From Octopus bimaculoides (Eukaryota): a DNA stretch of 64,000 bases. The stretch lies in the NCBI RefSeq assembly GCF_001194135.2, contig NC_069003.1, positions 9,805,538 to 9,869,537 on the forward strand. Reading direction: 5' to 3'. Below, in pieces: positions 12,867 through 25,357 of this stretch. Both the position numbers and the translations under genes were made by a program. Position 1 is the stretch's first letter, and the number at the start of each line of letters is the position of its first letter. The notes under the pieces were generated by a model. The model did no database searches, was not told the DNA's origin, and saw only the letters and a program-made list of their open reading frames with translations.

Positions 12867-13436
12867 TTCCAACCACGTTTTGTGGTTCGCTACCTCAACA
12901 GCTCCTTTATAGGATCCAGTGACTAAACACATCATCAGGAGGAACCATGTCCAGTTTCGGCCCCTACTCCCCTACTGTTTTCGATTTTGCACCCTGCTCC
13001 TTTCGGAGGTGTCTTCAGCTCTGGTGTTGAGTGCATTTCTTCTTTCTCTTTTTTTCTCCTGTTCCCTGGCCTCTTCGATGCAGAGTGTAACAATGCTGGG
13101 CCTTTGAAATACTGGTACAACTCATTTTTGCCAGCTGAGTGGACTGGAGCAATGTGAAATAGAATATTTTGCTGAAGGACAAAATGCGTTGTTGAGAATT
13201 GAACTCATGACCTTCCGATCGTGGCCTGAATACCCTTAAACCATCCACCGTCGCCCTACATACATACATCATGTGCAAATATAACCAATTGATAAATCAT
13301 TGTTTGGGAGAGAGACAAGAAAATGTATGTTGCTGTCATAAAGATCAGCTGTCCTAGTGATGTGAATATCTCTTCGTAAATCAAAGAGAAAAAACGATAA
13401 CTGCAGATAATTGCTTCAAAAGCTTCAGCTTCTGTG

Positions 13437-13816
13437 GTTGGCACTCCGTCGGTTTCAACGTCAAGGGTTCCAGTTGATCCAATCAACGGAACAGCCTGCT
13501 CGTGAAATTAACGTGCAAGTGGCTGAGCACTCCACAGACACGTGTACCCTTAATGTAGTTCTCGGGGATATTCAGCGTGACACAATGTGACAAGGCTGAC
13601 TCTTTGAATTACAGGCACAACAGAAACAGGAAGTAAGAGTGAGAGAAAGTTGTGGTGAAAGAATACAGCAGGGTTCACCACCATCCCCTGCCGGAGTCTA
13701 ATGGAGCTTTAGGGGTTTTCGCTCAATAAACACTCACAAAGCCCGGTCTGGGAATTGAAACCACGATCCTACGACCGCGAGTCCGCTGCCCTAACCACTG
13801 GGCCATAGCACCTCCA
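13437..13816 (-). mobile_element. SINE family C, near full length
   Basis: tRNA head GGAGG..ATGGCCCAGTGGTTAGGGCAGCGGACTCGCGG; tail GACGGAGTGCCAAC. Confidence 0.85.
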
Positions 13817-14471
13817 CTGTACCTAGTTTATAAATTCACATTTCCATCAATTATAACTGGTGCACTTGGTTTTTTTGCGAGTAAATGCTTAAGTGACAAG
13901 CTGGATAAGCTAAGGTTTTCATAAAAAGAAATCAACCAATGATTTTGCACATTACAAAATAAAATCTGTAAGCGGGAACAATAAAAGTATATAAGACATT
14001 TCTCAAGTTTAAAATGTGAATATGTTTTTGTTATCTACTTTTCAAAAATGGAGTTTTTTTAATCTTTATTAAAAGCCATCTCCTTCTTGACAGGAAGACA
14101 TCAAATAATGGAAGATAAAAGAGGACATACAAACATAGAAACAATATATATCATACAAAAATAAACACACACACACACAAATATTAATTGAAGGTTCACT
14201 CAATTTTCCCAGTAGATTATCACATTTGTTTTTATTTTTACAAAGAAAAGGCTTGACAGCAACTTGGAAATCTCACTTTTGTTAGACCAACGGATGAAGG
14301 TAACTTAAAGGAAACTTTGAAGTCGTTGTCAACCTTTTCCAAGTAAATACACAAATATTCACAGACACACATTAAACTCAACACAGTTCTCCATCTTGTT
14401 GAATCTGTCAAACCATCTAACCTCTGCCAGAACAGAAGACAGATGTTAAATGATGATAAGCGAGGAGGAGG

Positions 14472-14559
<88 letters not shown>

Positions 14560-16062
14560 CACACACACATATGTATGTATATATACATGTGTGCATANNN
14601 NNNNNNNNNNNNNNNNNNNNNNNNNNNNNNNNNNNNNNNNNNNNNNNNNNNNNNNNNNNNNNNNNNNNNNNNNNNNNNNNNNNNNNNNNNNNNNNNNNNN
14701 NNNNNNNNNNNNNNNNNNNNNNNNNNNNNNNNNNNNNNNNNNNNNNNNNNNNNNNNNNNNNNNNNNNNNNNNNNNNNNNNNNNNNNNNNNNNNNNNNNNN
14801 NNNNNNNNNNNNNNNNNNNNNNNNNNNNNNNNNNNNNNNNNNNNNNNNNNNNNNNNNNNNNNNNNNNNNNNNNNNNNNNNNNNNNNNNNNNNNNNNNNNN
14901 NNTATATATATATATATATATGACGGGCTTCTTTCAGTTTCCGTCTACCAAATCCACTCACAAGGCTTTGGTCGGCCTGAGGCTATAGTAGTAGACACTT
15001 GCCCAAGGTGCCATGCAGTAGGACTGAACCCAGACCCATGTGGTGAGGAAGCAAGCTTTTTACCACACAGCCACTCCCACATGTATGTATACTTTCTTTT
15101 TATACTTTCATTAGTTCCATTTGAGGGCTGAGGCCATGCAAGGGCACTTCATATGTCCTTAATGTATCTTTATATATCTTCACTGTTGCAGCCAATATGA
15201 ATCTGTTTTCCTTTAAACCAGACAGACTTGCAGAGTTTTAAGGGTAAATATAACGCAAACTAAATTAATTTAGCCTAACACCATTTTTATTTTTATTTCT
15301 TTTAGTGCCAACAAGTCGCTGGGGCAATATTTCAGTCTTGGCGCTAAATTAAATTAATAAGACTGATAATTAAATAAAACCTAATGATTAAAAGATAATT
15401 ATTTTCTCGTATGAAGTGACGCTACTGAAACCTTGAGACTGGAATCTTACTATAAATAGAGCTAATAGTTTCTTTCCCTCAAGTCATTCGACATTACCAT
15501 TGTTATAAGTATGCTGTCACTTGGCATTACATCATTAATACAGAACACATGGGTTCCCTGGTGGCGCTGTGTTTATACATTCTGGACTTCTCTTGCTGTA
15601 TTCCTTAGCAGTCGGGACGAATTATTAGATTAGTAGACTCTTTTATTTTCCCTTTGTCTCCGTCCGTTGATTGCAGCCATACTGGGGCCACTGGCTTGGA
15701 AGGTTTAGTCAAACAAATCAAAACTAGTATTTATCCGGTTTTTTTTTTTTTAAATGTCTGATATTTATTTTATTAGGATCTTTTGCTGAACTGCTTAGTT
15801 ACAGGGACAGAAATGAACCAACATCAGTTGTTTCATGTGTCTTTGTTTGTCCCTAGACCTTCTCTTTATAAATGTTCTGAAAACTATTCACAGCTTTGGA
15901 TTTTTTTAATCATATTCTGTTAATTTTTATATATATGCATGCTAATACACGACCTACGTTAGACTCCACATTTGTATCATTATCGAACCTGGAGCTTAAC
16001 TATAGTCTGTCCATAGCACTTACTCAGCATTACCTGACACCAATACTTCTCATACCCTATAT

Positions 16063-16650
16063 ACTCTTTTACTTGTTTCAGTCGTTTGACTGCGGCCATG
16101 CTGGAGCATCACTTTTAGTCGAAGAAATCGACCCCAAGACTTATTCTTTGTAAGCCTAGTGCTTATTCTATCGGTCTCTTTTGCCGAACTGCTAAGTTAT
16201 GGGGATGTAAGCACACCAGCATTGTCAAGCAATGTTGGGGAACAAACACAGACACACAAACATATACACACACGCACGTCATACACAGTCGATGATTATC
16301 AGCAGAACTGAACTCATAATAATCGCCGTCATCATCATTTAAAGTCTGTTTTCCATGCTGGAATGGGTTGGATGGCTTGACAGGAACTGGTAAGGCCAGG
16401 GGCTACACCAGGTCCTGTTGTCTGTTTCAGCTTGATTTCTACAGTTAGATGCCCTTCCTAATGCCAACCACTCCACAGGGTGTACTGGGTGTGTTTTGTT
16501 GTTATGTGGCACCATCACAGGTATTTTTTAAGTGGTTCCAGCAATGGTGCTTTTTACGTGACACCTTCATTTTAGGATCACAATTCTGCTGGTGTGGACA
16601 GGTTTTCTCAAGTACAGCAATGTGCCACATATCTCAGTCGTCTGTAAATG
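16063..16650 (-). mobile_element. SINE B tail plus RTE 3' UTR element
   Basis: B ~16063-16275; GATGCCCTTCCTAATGCCAACC element ~16328-16650. Confidence 0.7.
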
Positions 16651-16730
16651 CGTTGTTAAAAGCTTGGTGAAACTCCAGACAGTAATATTCAGGGGTCGTT
16701 TATGGTGATGAAAAAAAAATCATTGATGAG

Positions 16731-17345
16731 CAAAGGCACAATGGTTAGAGCTGCCGGGCTCATAATCATAAGGTAGTGAGTTCAATTCCTGGACTGAGCT
16801 GTATTGTGTTCTTGAGCAAGACACTTTATTTCACGTTGCTCCAGTTCACTCAGCTGGCAAAAATAAGTTACAACGTCATTGGTGCCAAGCTGTATCGGCC
16901 TTTGCCTTTCCCTTGGATAACATCAGTGGTGTGAAGATGGGAGGCTGGTTTGCATGGGTGACTGCTGGTCTTCCATAAACAATCATGCCTAGACTTGTGC
17001 CTAGAAGAGTAACTTTGTAGATGCAATCCCATGGTCATTTGCGACTAAAGGGAGTCTTTGCAAGTTCAATTCCCAGACTGGGCTGCGTGTTGTGTTCTTG
17101 AGCAAGACACTTTATTTCACGTTGGTCCAGTTCACTCAGCTGTAGAAACAAGTTGGAACATCACTGGTGCCAAGCTGTATCAGCCTTTGCCTTTCCCTTG
17201 AATAACGTCGTTGGTACAGAGAGGGGAGGCTGGTATGCATGGGTAACTGCAGGTCTTCTATAGGCAACCTTGCCTGCACTTGTGCCTCAGAGGGGAACTT
17301 TCTAGGTGCAATCCCATGGTCATTTGTAACTGAAGGGGGTCTTTT
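16731..17345 (+). mobile_element. Head-to-tail dimer of SINE family D
   Basis: Two copies of GTTCAATTCC..TGTGTTCTTGAGCAAGACACTTTATTTCACGTTG..TGCAATCCCATGGTCATTTG. Confidence 0.8.
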
Positions 17346-18659
17346 ATTTTATATTGATGAAACCACCACTCTGCTCCAGTAGTTTTCCTGGTAGTCATTC
17401 GTTTTCTCAATTCCTTAATTCCATATGTAAAAGGTTAATGAGGTCATTTACATAATTAAAATAGAATCGCTAACATTGAAATCTAGCTGAGGAATTTATT
17501 ATAATTCCTTCTCTTCTCAAAGAATCTACACTTCTATATTTAGTGCATGAAATAGATTGTATCCAAAGTTGATTTAACAAAATAAGGTTGGTTCTTTTGT
17601 TATTGTTTCTTTTGGGGGGGGGGCTTGTTTGTGTGGTGACAGTAATGGTGGGTCCCGATCAAAATATTGCTTTCTTCAATAGAAGGAACTATTGCTGTTT
17701 CTGTTGCGACAGCTGTAATCGCTGTTGTTGTTTTTCTATGTTGATTAACCAAGTGAATAACCAATTAAATATTGATGGTTGCAGGAGGAGGGGAGGGGAG
17801 AGAANNNNNNNNNNNNNNNNNNNNNNNNNNNNNNNNNNNNNNNNNNNNNNNNNNNNNNNNNNNNNNNNNNNNNNNNNNNNNNNNNNNNNNNNNNNNNNNN
17901 NNNNNNNNNNNNNNNNNNNNNNNNNNNNNNNNNNNNNNNNNNNNNNNNNNNNNNNNNNNNNNNNNNNNNNNNNNNNNNNNNNNNNNNNNNNNNNNNNNNN
18001 NNNNNNNNNNNNNNNNNNNNNNNNNNNNNNNNNNNNNNNNNNNNNNNNNNNNNNNNNNNNNNNNNNNNNNNNNNNNNNNNNNNNNNNNNNNNNNNNNNNN
18101 NNNNNNNNNNNNNNNNNNNNNNNNNNNNNNNNNNNNNNNNNNNNNNNNNNNNNNNNNNNNNNNNNNNNNNNNNNNNNNNNNNNNNNNNNNNNNNNNNNNN
18201 NNNNNNNNNNNNNNNNNNNNNNNNNNCAGAAAGAGGGGCAGAAGAGAGATGAGGGAGAGGTAACAGAGGGGGAGAGACAGAAGGTGAGAGGGAAAGGGAA
18301 AGAGAGACAGACAGAGGGAGAAGCAGACAGACAGGAGAGAGAGAGAGAGAGAAATAGGAAACTTATATATAGTTGTTCAATCTGCAGAAAAATAGCAGCT
18401 AATTTTTCCCTCAGATCAAACCCCTGCTCTAAGCATTTTAAACAAGACACGTCTCATTGAAGATTATAATCTTAGATAACTCAAAAAGGTTGGATGGTCA
18501 CAGTTGGAATATTCTTACTCATAGTTTACTCTGAATCAAGGTTTGACCTAAGGATAAAAAAACAGCATCAACACTAGCATATATTCAAATGTGTGAAATC
18601 CGAACATGTGATTGGCTGCAAACTGGTAGGAACCTCTAGAATTCTTTGTATGAATGAGG

Positions 18660-19908
18660 AACAGAATGAGACTAGATGAAATAATGTGGCTTTGTTCCAG
18701 AGAGAAGCACCACCGATGCTATTTTCATAGTCTGGCAACTTCAAGAGAAGTATTTAGCAAAGAACAAACCATTGTACTTGGCATTTGTTGATCTAGAGAA
18801 AGCCTTCGGCAATGTACCTCACTCAGTGATATGGTGGGCTCTGAGGAAGCTAGGGGTAGACAAATGGCTTGTGAAAGCAGTATGGGGGTACTGTTTGTAA
18901 GGTAAGAGTTAGCCATGGGTACAGTGATGTATTTAGTGAATTTAGAGTACAGGTAGGTGTTCACCAAGGTTTGGTCCTCGGCCTTCTTCTATTAATCATC
19001 TCCAGACCATAACAGAGGAATTTAATACTGGAAGCCCATGGAAACTACAATATGCTGATGATCTGGCCTCATACCAGAATCTGTAACAGAATTAGAAAAG
19101 AAATTCCAGGCCCAGAACCTGGAAGGAAATGGTCTTAAAGTTAACTTGGTAAAGACCAAGATCCCAGTAAGTAAGAAGTTGAACAGAATCCTTCACCCTT
19201 CTAGTAAATAGCTCTGCTTGATATGTATGAAGGGTGTAGGCAGAAATTCCATTCAGTGTACCCAGAGAAAACTATGGACACACAAGAGGTGCAGTAGAAT
19301 AATAGGAAGTTTAACAAGTAGTGTTTGTATATGGACGATGTACAGGAGCCATAAAGACCACAGATACACAGGAAAATGATTTCCTCAAATGTCCCAGAGG
19401 CTCTCTGGATGTTGTAGATAATTCTTGTTACGTAGATGATCTAATTAGCAGTGGGGGAGGTTGTGCATAGTGTAATTGCTAGAATGAGAATAGGATAAAG
19501 TTCAACCTCTCTCTCTGAGAGAAAGGAAGATTGTAGGATGCATGTATATGAACTGCAATGTTACAGGGTAGTGAGACACGGGCCCTGAATGCAGAGGATA
19601 TGCAAATGCTAAAGAAGAATGAAGCTGGTACGTTCTGCTGGATGTACAATGTCAGTGCACAAGTGTGGATAGCACAAGAGTATTGAGAGAAAGTTAAGCA
19701 TAAGATAAATTATATGCAGTGTGCAAGGGAGGAGACTGGTTGGGTCATGTGATGCAGATAGATGAGGACAGATGCATAAACACAAATGTTGATCACTAAA
19801 AGTGGAGGGACGATGTTGGAGAGGAAGACCCAGGAAGACATGGGGTGAAGAACTGAAGACCAATCTCAAAACGATGGGCCTTACAAAGGAGATGATAGAA
19901 GACTGTCG
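18660..19908 (+). mobile_element. Decayed RTE-clade LINE (RT and C-terminus)
   Basis: FVPERSTTDAIFIVWQLQEKYLAKNKPLYLAFVDLEKAF; YADD at 19051-19062; GRPRKTW near 19820; many frameshifts. Confidence 0.85.
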
Positions 19909-20140
19909 TGTATATATATATATATATATATGTATTTGTGAGTCTGTGTTTGTCCCCCCACCATTGCTTGACATCCGGTGTTGGTGCATTTATGTACCCG
20001 TAACTTAGCGGTTCAGCAAAATAAACCGATAGAATAAGTACTAGGCTTACAAAGAATAAGTCCTGGGATTGATTTGTTCGATTAAAGGTGGTGCTCCAGC
20101 ATGGCAACAGTGAAATGACTGAAACGAGTAAAAGAATATA
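19909..20140 (+). mobile_element. SINE B 3' half
   Basis: Family match. Confidence 0.8.
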
Positions 20141-20624
20141 TATGNNNNNNNNNNNNNNNNNNNNNNNNNNNNNNNNNNNNNNNNNNNNNNNNNNNNNNNN
20201 NNNNNNNNNNNNNNNNNNNNNNNNNNNNNNNNNNNNNNNNNNNNNNNNNNNNNNNNNNNNNNNNNNNNNNNNNNNNNNNNNNNNNNNNNNNNNNNNNNNN
20301 NNNNNNNNNNNNNNNNNNNNTATATATATATATATTATGTGTATGTGTGTGTGTTGAAGATTTAGTCATTGTGTTTTGTTTTACTTTTTACCCAGTCAAG
20401 ATGCAAGTGGAACATTTTTATTTTCCTCTCCACACTGAAAAATATGAGCTAACAATAGCACCTCTACATAGTCTTCTGACCCACAAAAGCCAAATCTCCT
20501 TAACAGCTAAATCTCCTTAAAATCTCACCCTACCGTAACATTAAAAAAAAAAAAGTTAAAAGTGGCTTCAGCCATCATTTTCACGGGGGTTAAATAATCC
20601 ATCTTTGCTATAGGTACAAGGACT

Positions 20625-21030
20625 GAAATTTTGAGGGGGAAGGAGTAAGTCGATTACATCGACTCCAGTACGCAACTGGTACTTAATTTATCGACCCCCA
20701 AAAGGATGACAGGTAAAGTCGACCTCGGCGGAATTTGAACTCAGAACGTAGTGGCAGACGAAATACCACCATGCATTTCGCCCAGCACTCTAACGATTCT
20801 TATTTCTTTATTGCCTACAAGGGGCTAAACATAGAGGGCAGACAAAGGGATTAAGTCTCGATTGCACCGACCCCAGTGCGTAACTGGTACTTATTTAATC
20901 GACCCCAAAAGGATGAAAGGCTAAGTCGACCTCGGCGGAATTTGAACTCAGAACGTAACGGCAGACGAAATACCGCTAAGCATTTCGTCCGGTGTGCTAA
21001 CGATTCTATTCTGCCAGCTCGCCGCCTTAC
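20625..21030 (-). mobile_element. Two tandem SINE A copies
   Basis: Family match. Confidence 0.85.
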
Positions 21031-21374
21031 ACGGAGTTAAATAGTAACGACAATAGCAATAAAAAAAAGGCCACATTGAATAATATAATTCTAGATACAT
21101 TAATAATGAGTAACAAACGGAATGGTCAAGAGTGGAGCTTTTAAAATTATAATTATGACTTATAAGTCATGGCCTGAATGGAGAAGAGGGCGATGGCCAA
21201 ACAAGAACAACGACGTCTACGCCGATCTCTGTTCACAGTGAATTCCAAAATGTTGTAGGGAAGATAATTCCTGAATAGTAAGGGAAATAATTAAGTGAAG
21301 GGAAATAATTAAGTGAAGGGAAATAACTCTTGTAAAGAAATTGCATCAAATGAAATATGTATTTTTGTTACAAG

Positions 21375-21610
21375 ATAAATCGTTTTGCGAGTGCTCTGGG
21401 ATATAGCGTCAGCGACGTTTCTAGGGCCTCAGAGGTTTTCGAGTCTTTCAACATCAGACTCCTTCGTCCCAGCTACAATCCCAATTGTAGCAAACCACTG
21501 TACTGCCCTCTTTCTCTAATACCACTAGCCACCTGGCGGCTTTCTCTATTGTTTCAGTGATAGAACTTATAGCCATCCTCTTTGATGCACCATTAACACC
21601 AAGCCCGATT
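21375..21610 (-). mobile_element. 3' end of a Hero-like non-LTR element
   Basis: GLGVNGASKRMAISSITETIEKAARWL resembles the Hero C-terminus; UTR GTCTGATGTTGAAAGACTCGAAA resembles the Hero 3' UTR as recalled. Confidence 0.5.
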
Positions 21611-21665
21611 TTTTATTTTCTTTATACGAAGTAATATTTTTCGAAAGGGTGCTGACCTTTCTGTA

Positions 21666-21897
21666 AAAAGAAGTTACGACGACGAGGGTTCCAGTTGATC
21701 CGATCAACGGAACATCCTGCTCGTGAAATTAACGTGCAAATGGCTGAGCACTCCACAGACACGTGTACTCTCAATGTAATTCTCAGGGAGATTAAGCATG
21801 ACACAAAGTGTGACAAGGCTGGCCCTTTGAAATACAAAACCAACAGAAACAGGAAGAAAGAGTGAGAGGAAGTTGTGGTGAAAGAGTACAGCAGGGA
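21666..21897 (-). mobile_element. SINE C, 5'-truncated
   Basis: Family match. Confidence 0.85.
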
Positions 21898-22236
21898 AAA
21901 CATCTGAAGTTCGTAGAGCTTTAGATTGTTTTTGCAGCATTTAGATGTATTCGCAGCATTCCTAGCCAGGCGAATACTACGCTGCTCATCGTTTTCCATT
22001 GCTCTTGCAGTAGTTAATACATGCAGCATTTTGTGATTGTCAAATTGAAGTCTCACGTGCCAATTCATTTGCTCTCCTTCTTTTCAATTTGTCTGCAGTT
22101 GCTCGACCAATGGCGGATCTCCTCTTTGGCGACATTAGGCCAAGAAATATGACGTAATAAACTAAGATGACAATTATACGTCAATGGAAAAAGGTAAATA
22201 ATATCAATGTCTTAGCAAATTTTATTAAAAGTTACC

Positions 22237-22844
22237 GGATCTATTTCAAAACGGGGGCACCAGTTTTCATTTATGTTTTATGTAGTGTTTTTGGTACCGA
22301 AAGACTTTCAAACTTCGTATACTTATCTATTTTGTGTTATAGAACAGAAAAAAATTTTTGTATTCGAATTTATTTCATGTAAAAATTTTGTCTTATTTCG
22401 ATAATTTCTACTAATCACTGACGTCTATTCAGTTAAAAACAGTTAGCGCTGTAACGGTGTATATCGTATTAATCCCCTAACCCTAACTCTAGAATCCAAA
22501 CTCTAAAATTGTTACACACATAGATACGCACAGCGTAATTTATTATATAAACAATATATGCGTATAAATTACGATTAAACCGGATGAAATATGTCACAGG
22601 GAATAACATTTTTATGACCGCCCAGCAGTAACTCTATTCAGCTGAATAGATGTCAGTGATTGGTTGAAATTACAGAAATGCGACAACTTTAACATGGAAT
22701 AACTTGCGATGTACGTTTTTTTGTTAAGAAGACTAAGAGTAAAAGATGTTTTATATGACACATTCTACCAGTGTCCCAAGTTTCAAAGTGTTTCGTTAGT
22801 GTTTCGTTAAGAAAATACTGGTGCCCCCGTTTTGAAATAGATCC
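22237..22844. mobile_element. MITE with 25-bp TIRs and 8-bp TSD (Merlin-like)
   Basis: TIR GGATCTATTTCAAAACGGGGGCACC; TSD AAGTTACC at 22229-22236 and 22845-22852. Confidence 0.9.
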
Positions 22845-23029
22845 AAGTTACCTTCTCCAAAGTAGTTGTACTTACCCTAGGAAAGGGGGATTTCTGGCCC
22901 ATTACTCATTATGTGAAAAAAATTAAGTCTAAAACCATCTCTGGAACATAAGTAATGCATGTTCCCAGTTTGAAGAAAATCAGTTGTGAACATCAGACGT
23001 TATGCGGGTTTACACACATACGGACACAC

Positions 23030-23285
23030 GGTAATCTTCAAGTTTAGGGGGATAAAAAAATAAATAAAAATATTCAAGGGAAATAACTGAACGACTTACC
23101 AGTATTATCCGTTTTCTTCTAGCTGTTTATAAATAAATCACACCCTAACCCTAATCTTAACCCTAACGTCAATGAAATCACGTGTGTGATTTATTTATAA
23201 ACAGAGATGTACGGAGAATACTGGTAAGACGTTCAGTTACTTCCCTTGAATATTTTTATTTACCCCCCTAAACTTGAAGATTACC
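23030..23285. mobile_element. Foldback MITE with 9-bp TSD (MULE- or Merlin-like)
   Basis: ~110-bp inverted arms GGTAATCTTCAAGTTTAGGGGG..; TSD CGGACACAC at 23021-23029 and 23286-23294. Confidence 0.9.
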
Positions 23286-23299
23286 CGGACACACATACT

Positions 23300-23963
23300 T
23301 AGACAGACAGATAGAACAGATAGAATAGATAGACAGATAGAATAGATAGACAGATAGAATAGATAGACAGATAGAATAGATAGAACAGATAGACAGATAG
23401 ATAGATAGATAGAAAAGATAGATAGATAGATAGAAAAGATAGATAGATAGATAGAAAAGATAGATAGATAGATAGAAAAGATAGATAGAAAAGATAGATA
23501 GATAGAAAAGATAGATAGATAGATAGAAAAGATAGACATATAGATAGATAGAAANNNNNNNNNNNNNNNNNNNNNNNNNNNNNNNNNNNNNNNNNNNNNN
23601 NNNNNNNNNNNNNNNNNNNNNNNNNNNNNNNNNNNNNNNNNNNNNNNNNNNNNNNNNNNNNNNNNNNNNNNNNNNNNNNNNNNNNNNNNNNNNNNNNNNN
23701 NNNNNNNNNNNNNNNNNNNNNNNNNNNNNNNNNNNNNNNNNNNNNNNNNNNNNNNNNNNNNNNNNNNNNNNNNNNNNNNNNNNNNNNNNNNNNNNNNNNN
23801 NNNNNNNNNNNNNNNNNNNNNNNNNNNNNNNNNNNNNNNNNNNNNNNNNNNNNNNNNNNNNNNNNNNNNNNNNNGATAGATAGATAGAAAAGATAGATAG
23901 ATAGATAGATAGAAAAGATAGATAGATAGATAGATAGAAAAGATAGATAGATAGATAGATAGA

Positions 23964-24010
<47 letters not shown>
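23300..24010. repeat. (GATA)n/(GACA)n array containing a gap
   Basis: Direct reading. Confidence 0.9.
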
Positions 24011-24012
<2 letters not shown>

Positions 24013-24112
24013 CTTCTAGAATGGTATATGAATATAAACTCACTAACTTAAAGTTCAGAAACAAATGTGATCAATGATTAAAGTCCGATATCTTCCATCC
24101 TCGTGTTATGTT

Positions 24113-24147
<35 letters not shown>

Positions 24148-24608
24148 CTGAGTGTCTGTAAGGCAACAGAAAAGCATCCTCAACAAGAAACTTTGAGCAG
24201 TTATATTTTTCTGTTGTTGAGTAGAACATCCTAACCAAAACTGTAAATTTACCTTCAACAGTGAAGAGGTTATGTGCTTCCAGACGACAGATTTGATGAG
24301 TCATCTCTATTGCTCTTTACGTTCTGAGTTCAAATTCCACTGACGTTAACTTTGCCTTTCATCCTTCTGGGATCAGTAAAGTAAAGTCCTGAGGTTGAGG
24401 GTCAATGTATTTCACTTGTCCTTCCCCTCAAAATTACTGGCCTTGTGTTAAAATTTGCAACCGTTATTATCATTAAATTGGACTGACTTCTGTCTTGTCT
24501 TTCATCCTTTCGAGGTCGATAAATTAAGTACCAGTGAAACGGTGGGGTTGATGTAATCGACTAGTTCCCTCCCCACAAATTTCAGGGTTTGTGCCTGTAG
24601 TAGAAAGG

Positions 24609-24641
<33 letters not shown>

Positions 24642-25141
24642 GGATCTTTTTTAAAACGGGGGCCACATTTTTCATTAACGAAACACTTTGAAACTTGGAA
24701 CACTGGTAGAATGTGTCATATAAAACATCTTTTTCTCTTAGTCTTCTTAAAAAAAAAAGAAATCCATAAGTTATTCCATGCTANNNNNNNNNNNNNNNNN
24801 NNNNNNNNNNNNNNNNNNNNNNNNNNNNNNNNNNNNNNNNNNNNNNNNNNNNNNNNNNNNNNNNNNNNNNNNNNNNNNNNNNNNAAGGTATGGAGATTAA
24901 ATACGCTTTACATCGCTTAATCAGCCAAAGGAGTAAATATAAACAACTGAATACTTGTCAGTGATTGGTTGAAATTATCGAAATAAGACAATTTTTTACA
25001 TGAAATAAATTCGAATACAAAAATATTTTTCTGTTCTATAACACAAAATAGATAAGTATACGAAGTTTGAAAGTCTTTCCGTACCAAAAAGACTACGGAA
25101 AACATTAATGAAAAATGTGGCCCCCGTTTTAAAATAGATCC
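24642..25141. mobile_element. Second copy of the 22237 MITE, inverted
   Basis: TIR GGATCTTTTTTAAAACGGGGGCCAC / GTGGCCCCCGTTTTAAAATAGATCC; TSD TTATTATT. Confidence 0.85.
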
Positions 25142-25357
25142 TTATTATTTGTGTCTGGAACTGTCGGCCAAGTGTTCGGAGGGCTGTTAAATTTTCTTCA
25201 AATTTGTTGTTTTGCTGTTTGTTTTTTAACAGTAATTTTGTTAACAGGGCTTGCCATAAGCAAGGCCAGCTGGGGTGGTAAAAATTCGCCCTTAAAGGAA
25301 GAATTTTGACTTTTAAGAACTCAGAATTCCATATTTTGCAAAATAAAAACTGCAACA

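Noticed and set aside
13740-13816. tRNA-like sequences at SINE heads (families A-D)
   Set aside because: Each continues into a SINE body and tail; not bona fide tRNA genes.
18360-18460. YSCSICRK as a C2H2 zinc finger
   Set aside because: The His pair and spacing are absent.
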